64,000 nucleotides of DNA, from positions 1 to 64,000 of the forward strand of contig CAWJRJ010000011.1 in assembly GCA_963845245.1 (NCBI GenBank), given 5' to 3'. Made by a program: the position numbers and the translations under genes. A model generated the notes under the pieces. That model had not been told where the DNA came from and searched no databases. It was given only the letters and a program-made list of their open reading frames with translations. The stretch is from Nitrospirota bacterium. Its GTDB lineage: Bacteria; Nitrospirota; JACRHJ01. Positions 20,964 to 28,791 of the stretch are shown in pieces (position 1 is the stretch's first letter; every line of letters starts with the position of its first letter).

Positions 20964-22162
20964 TGGAAAAATACGACATTGTCATTGCAGGAGCAGGGAT
21001 AAGCGGCCTTAGCCTCGCACACTTCTGCACAAAGGCCGGCCTTAACGCCCTGGTGCTGGAGAAGACGGCCAGGACGGGCGGCTGCTTCCATTCGCACGAG
21101 TTCTGCGGCGATGCAGCCGGGTTCTGGCTCGAGCTGGGCGCGCACTCCTGCTACAACTCATATGCCCGCCTCATAGGCATCCTGGAAGACCAGGGGTTGA
21201 TTGGAAATCTTCTGCCCCGGGAGAAGGTGCCTTTCAAGATGTTTGCTGATGGCAGCCTCGTTTCCATCCCTTCACAACTAGACTTTATCGAGCTGTTGCT
21301 CTCACTTCCGCATGCCTTCACGGCAAAAAAAGAAGGCGCGAGCATGGAGTCCTACTACTCCGGTATCCTCGGCAAGAAGAATTACAGCCGTGTGCTCGGG
21401 CCTGTCTTTAATGCAATAATATCCCAGGATGCCGCCGGGTTTCCCGCCGACGCGCTGTTTAAAAAGAGGGAGAAGCGCAAGGACGTCCTGAGCAGCTACA
21501 CCTTCACCAAGGGGCTTCAGACAGTGACAGACGCATTATCCGCCGTAGCGGGGCTGACAGTAATGCACGGGCATGAAGTAGAGTCAGTAAAGTTTTCAGA
21601 CGGAGTTTTCATAACGGCAGCTGGCGGCAACCAGTACGAGTCGCGGTTCGCGGCGGTCGCATCCCCGCCGCCATCTGCTTCGAAGATCCTGTCCGGCTCA
21701 TTCCCGGAGCTATCCGCCCACCTCTCAAAGATACCAAGCGGCACGGTGGAGACTGTCGGTGTGGCGCTCCACAAAGATGAAGTAACCGTCCCGCCCGTTG
21801 CAGGAATAATCGCGGCTGAAGACATATTCCTGTCCGCAGTGTCGAGGGATGTAGTCAAGGATGACAGGTTCAGGGGGTTCGCGTTCCATTTCAGGCCGGG
21901 AAGAGCTGGCAGGGATGAGAAGCTTGCCCGTATCGCAGCGGTCTTGAAGGTAAGACCGGAGCAGCTCACGAGAGTGGCGTATAAAGACGATAACTCCGTG
22001 CCATCCCTGGCGGTCGGACACTCCAGATGGGTTGCCGAGGCCGACAGGCTTGTGGCGGGCCGTCCGCTCCTTCTTACAGGGAACTACTTCTCAGGCGTGG
22101 CGATAGAGGACTGCGTCGTCAGGTCTTACGAGGAATCGGAACGGCTCAAGCGGATGTTGTGA
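20963..22162 (+). CDS. FAD-dependent oxidoreductase, protoporphyrinogen oxidase (HemY)-like
   Basis: 'GAGISGL', 'LELGAHS' and 'GNYFSGVAIEDCV'. TGATG coupling with cysK. Confidence 0.75.
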   Translation: MEKYDIVIAGAGISGLSLAHFCTKAGLNALVLEKTARTGGCFHSHEFCGDAAGFWLELGAHSCYNSYARLIGILEDQGLIGNLLPREKVPFKMFADGSLVSIPSQLDFIELLLSLPHAFTAKKEGASMESYYSGILGKKNYSRVLGPVFNAIISQDAAGFPADALFKKREKRKDVLSSYTFTKGLQTVTDALSAVAGLTVMHGHEVESVKFSDGVFITAAGGNQYESRFAAVASPPPSASKILSGSFPELSAHLSKIPSGTVETVGVALHKDEVTVPPVAGIIAAEDIFLSAVSRDVVKDDRFRGFAFHFRPGRAGRDEKLARIAAVLKVRPEQLTRVAYKDDNSVPSLAVGHSRWVAEADRLVAGRPLLLTGNYFSGVAIEDCVVRSYEESERLKRML

Positions 22163-22199
22163 GGTTCCTTTGACTTCCCTCAATAAAAACCTGCACTAT

Positions 22200-22905
22200 T
22201 TATTTTGATATTTCTATAAAGTCGAGGTATGACACGGAGTGCTCTTTTGTGTTGTCGGAGTCGTTCATTATGGAAATGCTCGCTATGGCCGGCGGGTCCT
22301 CGCCGAAGGCATCCTTGTAGTCTTTCACAATATTGGCCTCCTCAGCTTTCCACTGCCCTACATCAACAGGCAGGCTTTTGACTATTATCTTGGACCTGCC
22401 TGAGAACGGGCTGGTGTAAATTGTTTTCCCGTGGTCTTTGTTCGCCCAGACGTAATTCAGAGAGCTTTTCGGTGGATAATCTCCATATACCAGTTTTGCC
22501 GCATTATATTCCAACCTCTCTCCGAACCCCGCCTTCTTCGGCTCGAATTTAAACAGCACATAGATCCTGATCACATAATCGTCTCCGCCCTTAGTCTCCC
22601 CGCAGTCTCCTTTTTTATAAACATTGTCGGCCTTCCAACGCCACTTTAGTTCAGGGTATTCGTACACGTTGAAGGTCTTGTTCAGGACAAGGGCCGATGC
22701 GGACGCGTCGCTCTCGGTCTTCAGGATGTTTTTTCCCGCGCCGGGAACTATCGTATAAATGGTATGCTTTTTTACTTTAGAAAAACAAAACGGCTTCCAT
22801 GCTTCAAGTGTGCTGAATTCATCTTTAAAAAATACATTATCGGCAAGCGCATTTGAGGCATAAAGTAATGGACAAAGAACCAGGATAATTATAAATAGTC
22901 TTCAT
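22200..22905 (-). CDS. DUF3047-family secreted protein (indel just after the ATG)
   Basis: The frame extends upstream of the called ORF through 'ESDASASAL' to a signal peptide. 'LKWRWK', 'GDDYVIRIYV', 'LNYVWAN' and 'IMNDSDNT'. Confidence 0.8.
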
Positions 22906-22938
22906 GTACTTTCATTTCAGGCCACGTCTCGGTTTTTT

Positions 22939-23163
22939 TCATAATCCTGTTTGGATACTCAATTTCTGTTTTACGCTGGCCAACGTAATTATCACGTCGT
23001 CTATCTCTTCCGGCGCCAGGATGACCGTGTCGTTTGTCTCGGCAGCGCATTCCCCCGTATTGCAGATGTAGGCATTAGGGCTGTCCCCTCTTATGCCTAT
23101 GAGAAGAACCGTTCCCGATTTGAGAGGTATCATCTTTTTCCCATCTCTTAGGGCCGTTATCAT
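22939..23163 (-). CDS. Hypothetical 74-aa protein downstream of a Pho-box-like promoter
   Basis: AAGGGA RBS before the ATG; plausible composition. Confidence 0.6.
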   Translation of the reverse strand: MITALRDGKKMIPLKSGTVLLIGIRGDSPNAYICNTGECAAETNDTVILAPEEIDDVIITLASVKQKLSIQTGL

Positions 23164-23219
23164 TTTGCATCCCTTATTGATTGTTATCCAGTGGGCTTAC
23201 TTTTTGTTCTAATGGATAC

Positions 23220-23253
23220 ATATTACCACTACGTTGTTACAGCCCCGTTACTG
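23220..23253 (-). promoter_or_regulatory. Pho-box-like promoter, minus strand
   Basis: CAGTAAC-N4-CTGTAAC (23253-23236), then 10 bp, then TAATAT (23225-23220). Confidence 0.6.
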
Positions 23254-23287
23254 TTGAGCTAAACATTGATGAAAATGCTACTGCATA

Positions 23288-23343
23288 CTGCAATCAAAAC
23301 TTTATCAGCCTGTAATTTTATTGTCACATATCCCTGCTAATAT
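23288..23343 (+). promoter_or_regulatory. Pho-box-like promoter for the CBS histidine kinase
   Basis: CTGTAAT-N4-TTGTCAC (23310-23327), then 10 bp, then TAATAT (23338-23343). An extra in-phase CTGCAAT at 23288. Confidence 0.65.
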
Positions 23344-23411
23344 TACTCCGGTTATGTCCACTAAATTCTCGGCATAGCCGGGCTTCGTTCACGTTTGTTT
23401 TTGTGGAGGTA

Positions 23412-24579
23412 ATGATGCAGGACGGTTCTGTTTCAGTTGGTCAGCTAGTCGCATCAAGGGAGCAGGTAGCACCCTCGGTCCGGGTAAAGGATGTGGCGGA
23501 AAGGTTTTTCCAGGAGCAGAACCTGGACGCGATAGCCGTAGTAGATTGCCGTGAACCGGTCGCGCTTGTCGCAAGGAGCAAACTTCTTTTCTCCCTGTTC
23601 AGGAGATTCGGGTTCGAGCTATACGAAAGAAAACCTATACTGAGGATCGCAGACACCGAGCCGCTTCTCGTGCATGAGGGTGAGAGCATCGACGTCGCCC
23701 TTGATAAAGCTCTGTCACGGCCATTTCAGGACATCTATGACGACATAGTGGTCGTCGACGACAACTCCTTCTTTGTCGGGCTGCTCTCTGTCAAAGGGAT
23801 AGTCATAGAGCAGAGCAACGCTCTGGCCAACAGCATGGTCCAAAAGGAGCTTGCAAACGAACGGGCCAAGGAACTTGAGAAGGTAAGCAAGATAAAATCC
23901 CAGTTCATCGCAAACGTGACACACGAACTTCAGGGCCCCAGTAAACGCCATCATCGGGCTTGCCGACCTTATGAGGATATCCTGCGAAAAGGGTTATACA
24001 GAACAGGTAAACGACAGGCTTTCTCTCCTGCTTTCAAGCGCGGTAAGCCTCAGGGCTATCATCACAAACATCCTTGACCTCTCAAAGGTGGAGGCCGGAA
24101 AGATGGAGGTGATAGTCGAGCGTTTCGACGCCGTGTCCGTAATAAAGGAGGTCGTGGAGACTACACGTATATTAATAGGCAACAAACGGGTCGAGGTTAC
24201 TGCCTCGTTCAGCGTGGAGCCTCTCTTGATCGAGAGCGACCCTGTCAAGTTCCGTCAGATACTCAACAACCTTTTAAGCAACGCAGCCAAGTTCACCGAG
24301 GCAGGATGCATCACTGTCAACGCTTCAAATACGAGCGGTGTTCTATCCGTTTCTGTCAGCGACACTGGGATAGGCATACGGGAGGAAGACATGGGACGGC
24401 TGTTCTCAGCCTTCACCCAGATCGAAGACGCCCAAACAAAGCGATATGAAGGCACTGGACTCGGCCTCACCATAACGAGACACCTTGTGGACCTCCTCGG
24501 AGGCCAGGTTTCTCTTCAGAGTATCTTCATGAGGGGGACTACATTCACGGTCAACCTGCCACTTGCTATAAACAGATAG
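23412..24579 (+). CDS. Cytoplasmic CBS-pair sensor histidine kinase (frameshift near 23933)
   Basis: Tandem CBS domains, H-box 'FIANVTHELR.P', 'NLLSNAAKFT', 'DTGIGI' and 'GTGLGL'. Confidence 0.88.
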
Positions 24580-24587
24580 GGGGAACT

Positions 24588-24968
24588 ATGGCGGTTAGCA
24601 AAAAAAAGATAGTACTGATAGACGACGATGTGAATCTTCTTGAGACCACCAAGGCCATACTTGAGGATGAAGGATACTCCGTCTATGTCTATAGCAAGGC
24701 TCTAGGGTCCTTAAACAGGATCAGGGAGGACGAACCGGACCTGATCATGCTGGACATGAACATGCCTGCGCTTTCCGGCGAGGGGCTGGCAAAGTTACTC
24801 CGTTCATACATCGGCACGCGGGACATACCTATCGTCTTTTATTCGTCGAACGACGAGGACACCATGAGAAAGGCCGTATCTGAACACGGCGTTAGAGGAT
24901 ATATATGTAAGGGCAACCTCTATGACTTAAGGAGCAAGGTCCACGTTTACATGCATAAGCAGCAGTAA
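24588..24968 (+). CDS. Single-domain response regulator
   Basis: 'LIDDD', 'LIMLDMNMP' and 'YICKG'. Confidence 0.9.
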   Translation: MAVSKKKIVLIDDDVNLLETTKAILEDEGYSVYVYSKALGSLNRIREDEPDLIMLDMNMPALSGEGLAKLLRSYIGTRDIPIVFYSSNDEDTMRKAVSEHGVRGYICKGNLYDLRSKVHVYMHKQQ

Positions 24969-24995
24969 ACAACTAAACCAGAAATCATATAACGA

Positions 24996-25029
24996 TAAAG
25001 GCCGCTCCACATCCGGGGAGCGGCCTTTA
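24996..25029. terminator. Bidirectional intrinsic terminator
   Basis: TAAAGGCCGCTCC...GGAGCGGCCTTTA between convergent genes. Confidence 0.8.
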
Positions 25030-25053
25030 ATATTATCCTGTCGAGATTAATTA

Positions 25054-26211
25054 TTATGCGACGGCCGATTCGGCCTCATCCCTGCAAGGGGACAAAAATG
25101 AATCCTTGCCGATTATATATCTGTCTCCCCTCCACTCGACCTTGTTCGAAAATACAGGGACAAACCAGGCCATACCGATAAGAACGTCCTTTAACGGCGA
25201 AAGAAGGTAGAGGGCCGGGTTCGCTCCCACCTTTACCAGCCTGCCCATTAAATAATCGCCGGCCGCCTTCAAGGAGAAGGCCGCAAGAGGCAAAAGAAAC
25301 GTCATGCGTGAAGGACCGAGAACCAGCAGCGGGACCAACGACATGCAGACTGGGTTTCCTATAAGCTCTAATAAATACGCCGCACTGCCTATCTGCCACC
25401 GCAGCTTCCCCCACCTGATATGCCTTGCGAGGAACTGCCGCACGTGCCAGGATTCGTTGATGGTGTTGATGATGTGGTTTGACAGTACGACTTTCTTGCC
25501 TAGCTGCTTCATCTTCCGCCCTAATATATAATCCTCTGCAAGGTGGTCTTTTACCTCCCCAAACCCTCCAAGTTCCTCAAGATGTTCTCTCCTGATAAGC
25601 ATGGACTTGCCGACTACGCATGGCGATTTCAAAAACCTGTCGAGAAAACAAACGCCGCCGACTACAAAGGTGTTGAGGTGGAGGTTCTCAAGGGCCGAGC
25701 CGATGCTCCTGCCTCCGATACCCCTGATCAGGCTGCTGACAAGCCCCACCTCTGGGTCTTCCATATGCTTCACTAGCTCTTTTAAATATTCTTTTTCCAC
25801 CCTGACGTTGCTGTCGCTTATCAGAATGAAACCATATCTTGATGCCCTGTAGGCCGGCACGAGGGTGTCTACCTTGGGGTTCAGCCCCTCCCCGCACCAC
25901 TCGGCTACGATTGAAATATCCCTCGCCGGGAACTGCTCCTTTATCCTCTGGGCGACACGGTAGGCCGGGTCGTCAAAAGACCTCAGGGCAAATATAATCT
26001 CGTATTCCGGGTAGTCCTGACGGCAGAAGCTCTCAAGGTTTTCAAACAGGCTGTCGTCCAGCCCCTTCAGAGGCTTCAGTATGCTGACCGGCGGCATATA
26101 AAGCCCCGCCACTAAGTTTGGCTGCGAGAAACAGCTTCGCACAGCCGCAACCTGTAAATAATAAATTACCAGCCCAAAAGCTGTCAGCAGGCTGAATACA
26201 ACAAAAATCAT
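25054..26211 (-). CDS. Ceramide glucosyltransferase / HpnI-like glycosyltransferase (GT21-like)
   Basis: 'VSILKPLKG', 'GLNPKV', 'ISDSN', 'HLAEDY' and 'RHIRW'; N- and C-terminal TM helices. Confidence 0.88.
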   Translation of the reverse strand: MIFVVFSLLTAFGLVIYYLQVAAVRSCFSQPNLVAGLYMPPVSILKPLKGLDDSLFENLESFCRQDYPEYEIIFALRSFDDPAYRVAQRIKEQFPARDISIVAEWCGEGLNPKVDTLVPAYRASRYGFILISDSNVRVEKEYLKELVKHMEDPEVGLVSSLIRGIGGRSIGSALENLHLNTFVVGGVCFLDRFLKSPCVVGKSMLIRREHLEELGGFGEVKDHLAEDYILGRKMKQLGKKVVLSNHIINTINESWHVRQFLARHIRWGKLRWQIGSAAYLLELIGNPVCMSLVPLLVLGPSRMTFLLPLAAFSLKAAGDYLMGRLVKVGANPALYLLSPLKDVLIGMAWFVPVFSNKVEWRGDRYIIGKDSFLSPCRDEAESAVA

Positions 26212-26912
26212 GTCTGGTTACACCTCCTGAATAGCGTTATTGACACCCCTTCGTTCCTTTTTATGCATTTCTTTATTGCATCCAGTTTCTTCTCGCAGTT
26301 AAGGAGCGTCTTCCAGGAATAAATATGCCTTGGTTTGTGGAAGTCGCTGTTTGCGATGTATGGATATTTCTTAAGGCTTATCACATTGAAGACGTCGTCG
26401 CGGTTCGCTATCTCCCAGGCGTCTATGTACTTGGCGTATTTCTCCCTGTTGTTCCACAGAAACAGGGTGTCAATGAACGTCGTTTCAGAGGTGTGGTGCG
26501 GGTGACATGCAACGGTCAAGGCCCCTTGGCGTTTTGCCTCCAGGAATATCTTCTCGTAGTCCCAGCAGGCGAAGATGAACTCCTTGATGTCAAGGACGAG
26601 CAGGTGCGCCGCCCTTTTTGACAAGAAAGAGTTCTTCGATATCTCCACGCCCGGTATGACAAGCATCCCGTATTTTTCCCGCGCCCGCTCGGCCTCTTCC
26701 CTGACGTGAGCAAGGTATCCGTCAAAGTTGTCCTTGTTTATGGTAAATTTCAAGCGGTGGGCGAGCTTCCCCATAAGGTTGTCGCCGTTGACTACGTGGT
26801 CCGTAATGCTGATCACGTCGAACCCGGCCTGGCCGTAGAGGTCAATTACTTTCCGCAGCCCTACCGAGCCGTCGGAATAGTTTGTGTGGATATGAAAGTC
26901 GCACAAAAGCAT
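26208..26912 (-). CDS. PHP-domain metallophosphoesterase
   Basis: 'DFHIHTNYSDG', 'ITDH', 'PGVEI', 'ACHPH' and 'NSDFH'. Overlaps the GT start (ATGA). Confidence 0.9.
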   Translation of the reverse strand: MLLCDFHIHTNYSDGSVGLRKVIDLYGQAGFDVISITDHVVNGDNLMGKLAHRLKFTINKDNFDGYLAHVREEAERAREKYGMLVIPGVEISKNSFLSKRAAHLLVLDIKEFIFACWDYEKIFLEAKRQGALTVACHPHHTSETTFIDTLFLWNNREKYAKYIDAWEIANRDDVFNVISLKKYPYIANSDFHKPRHIYSWKTLLNCEKKLDAIKKCIKRNEGVSITLFRRCNQT

Positions 26913-26933
26913 AGCTGTTTAAACCTTTTATCC

Positions 26934-27062
26934 TTAATAGTACGGGCATGAAACGTGTTTTGAAGTCCTGCAAAACTCTCTTATGTTATGCAGGTCGGGG
27001 TTGTTCGGAGCCCTGTAAGATCTGCATATGAACAAGAAGTTGTATTTAAGGAATGGACACAT
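26934..27062 (-). CDS. Cys/His microprotein, paralog 4 (42 aa, absent from the ORF track)
   Basis: MCPFLKYNFLFICRSYRAPNNPDLHNIREFCRTSKHVSCPYY*. AGGTG RBS; same motif as the three upstream ORFs. Confidence 0.8.
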   Translation of the reverse strand: MCPFLKYNFLFICRSYRAPNNPDLHNIREFCRTSKHVSCPYY

Positions 27063-27071
27063 TTTGCACCT

Positions 27072-27290
27072 CTATTCTTCCCAAAGTCCGAAATGGAAAA
27101 TTCTGCCCTGTTTTTTCTGGCCCATGAAATACGGGCAGCCTATGTGATGGATTTTTTCACAGAATTTGCTAAGCCTTGCGAGGCTGGGGATGTATGGGAT
27201 GTCGTCGGACGTACAGGTGAAAAGGTACCCCTTGACCAGGTAGGGGCACCTGTCCGGCCCCTTAAATGCTGTAGGAGAAGAGTTCGACAT
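27072..27290 (-). CDS. Cys/His microprotein, paralog 3
   Basis: CPYLVKGYLFTC-x17-CEKIHHIGCPYF. Confidence 0.8.
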   Translation of the reverse strand: MSNSSPTAFKGPDRCPYLVKGYLFTCTSDDIPYIPSLARLSKFCEKIHHIGCPYFMGQKKQGRIFHFGLWEE

Positions 27291-27435
27291 TTTCCAGGAA
27301 CGCCTTATAGAAACTACAGTCTGTGTGTGCCTGGCTCAGACAGCAACCTGCCAGATTGTGTACGCTGGGCACCAGCCACTTGTCTTTGGATACGCAGTAC
27401 AAACGGTCATGCAGGGTCAGGTTCGGGCAGTTCAT
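27262..27435 (-). CDS. Cys/His microprotein, paralog 2
   Basis: MNCPNLTLHDRLYC-x17-CLSQAHTDCSFY. GAGGAGG RBS. Confidence 0.82.
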   Translation of the reverse strand: MNCPNLTLHDRLYCVSKDKWLVPSVHNLAGCCLSQAHTDCSFYKAFLENVELFSYSI

Positions 27436-27452
27436 ATTTTCCTCCTCTGAAA

Positions 27453-27644
27453 TCATCCCAGACCTCCAGCGCTCAAAGATTCCTGAAATTGCGCCTGCCT
27501 CTTTTGGTAGCCCAGATAGAACGGGCAGATGCTGTGCAGGCGTTCCTTGCAGTATTCCATCAACTGGTACTGGCTCGGGCGGTAAGAATCATCGACTGTT
27601 GAGCAGTGGAACGCATCCTTCTTTACCAGGTTCGGACATCTCAT
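27453..27644 (-). CDS. Cys/His microprotein, paralog 1
   Basis: MRCPNLVKKDAFHC-x17-CKERLHSICPFY. AGAGG RBS. Confidence 0.82.
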   Translation of the reverse strand: MRCPNLVKKDAFHCSTVDDSYRPSQYQLMEYCKERLHSICPFYLGYQKRQAQFQESLSAGGLG

Positions 27645-27684
27645 AATCAAACCTCTTTTATTATTGTTTTCTTTCACTGTAGCA

Positions 27685-27740
27685 ATTAAAACATACAAAT
27701 GTTGTGATCATATTAAGGGCTCGTTACATTTGCGTTAAGA
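27685..27740 (-). promoter_or_regulatory. Four in-phase Pho-box-like half-sites plus -10
   Basis: Minus strand TCTTAAC, ATGTAAC, CCTTAAT and TCACAAC at exact 11-bp period (27740, 27729, 27718, 27707), then 10 bp, then TTTAAT. Confidence 0.65.
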
Positions 27741-27831
27741 CGCCCAGAGGCATTTTTTACAATTTGATTAGTCTGCGAGGATGCAATCGGGAATAATGAG
27801 GGAACTTAAACGGACCGGATTATGGTAGTTA

Positions 27832-28035
27832 TCAGGGCTTATGGCCGTGAGCAGGCTTGTGTTTTCTTGAAGACGCCTTTTCGGGCTCGAAGACTTCCTT
27901 CCCCAACAGGCATATGGGGCATAGCCAGTCGTCCGGCAGGTCTTCAAAAGAGGTGCCCGGGGCTACGCCGTGTTCCGGGTCGCCGACCTCTGGGTCATAT
28001 ACGTATTTGCAGACGGTACACACCCACCTTTGCAT
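27832..28035 (-). CDS. Rubredoxin with basic/His C-terminal extension
   Basis: '[17 protein letters not shown]...[16 protein letters not shown]'. Confidence 0.93.
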   Translation of the reverse strand: MQRWVCTVCKYVYDPEVGDPEHGVAPGTSFEDLPDDWLCPICLLGKEVFEPEKASSRKHKPAHGHKP

Positions 28036-28037
28036 AT

Positions 28038-28379
28038 CTATTTCTCCTTGCCGGGCCTGTACAACAAGACCTTTGCGCGCTCCACCGTGACAAGCCCCTC
28101 CACCATCATCCGGTCGAGGTCCGGCAGGAACGCCTCTATCTTCTCGGGCGAGTCCACTATTTCGATGACAATCGGCAAGTCCTCCGACAGCCTTAGCACC
28201 TTGGCGGTATGTACCCGGCTGTGGGCCCCATAGCCCATCAGCCCGCGGAATACCGTTGCGCCACCAAGGTTCTGCCTTCTGGCCTCTTTGACTATGGCCT
28301 CAAACAGCGGCACGCCTTCGTATCTGTCGGACTCGCCTATGAATATCCTTAAAAGTTCAGCCTCTTCCGGAAGTTTCAT
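28038..28379 (-). CDS. DUF190 (PII-like) protein
   Basis: '[10 protein letters not shown]', '[12 protein letters not shown]' and '[13 protein letters not shown]'; typical crcB neighbour. Confidence 0.92.
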   Translation of the reverse strand: MKLPEEAELLRIFIGESDRYEGVPLFEAIVKEARRQNLGGATVFRGLMGYGAHSRVHTAKVLRLSEDLPIVIEIVDSPEKIEAFLPDLDRMMVEGLVTVERAKVLLYRPGKEK

Positions 28380-28404
28380 GTCATCCCCTTTTTACAGGCC
28401 ATTA

Positions 28405-28782
28405 TTACAGGACCCTGGCAATCCATACCCCGGACACTATCGCGGCGAAACCCAGTACGCAGTTCGCCGCAACATTTAAAAAGGCCAGCATGTACTGGCT
28501 GTCCCTGACATAATTCATCGTCTCGAACGCAAATGTGGAAAAAGTGGTAAATGCACCCATAAAGCCGACAAGTAGGACCGTGCGCGTAAGAACAGATATC
28601 GCCATCCTCTCCTCGGCAAGCGCCCATACCAGGCCGAACAGAAGGCAGCCGATGACGTTGACCGCCAGTGTGCCGTAGGCGAAATCCGCACCGAACATGC
28701 GGTGCATAAACCCGGAAAGCCAGTAACGGGACAGGGTCCCGACAGTTCCTGCAACGGCAATCAATATAAGCTTGGACCACAC
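28405..28782 (-). CDS. crcB: Fluoride efflux channel CrcB/Fluc
   Basis: 'GTLAVNVIG' and 'GFMGAFTTFSTF'; 4 TM helices. Confidence 0.95.
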   Translation of the reverse strand: MWSKLILIAVAGTVGTLSRYWLSGFMHRMFGADFAYGTLAVNVIGCLLFGLVWALAEERMAISVLTRTVLLVGFMGAFTTFSTFAFETMNYVRDSQYMLAFLNVAANCVLGFAAIVSGVWIARVL

Positions 28783-28791
28783 GATGTCTTA

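Noticed and set aside
26988..27602. 204-aa plus-strand ORF over the microprotein array
   Set aside because: No RBS or recognisable motif. It is the antisense shadow of the motif-conserved minus-strand ORFs.
26934..27644. Microproteins as RiPP precursors or c-type cytochromes
   Set aside because: No leader/core pattern, no radical SAM, YcaO or lanthipeptide enzyme nearby, no CxxCH and no signal peptides.
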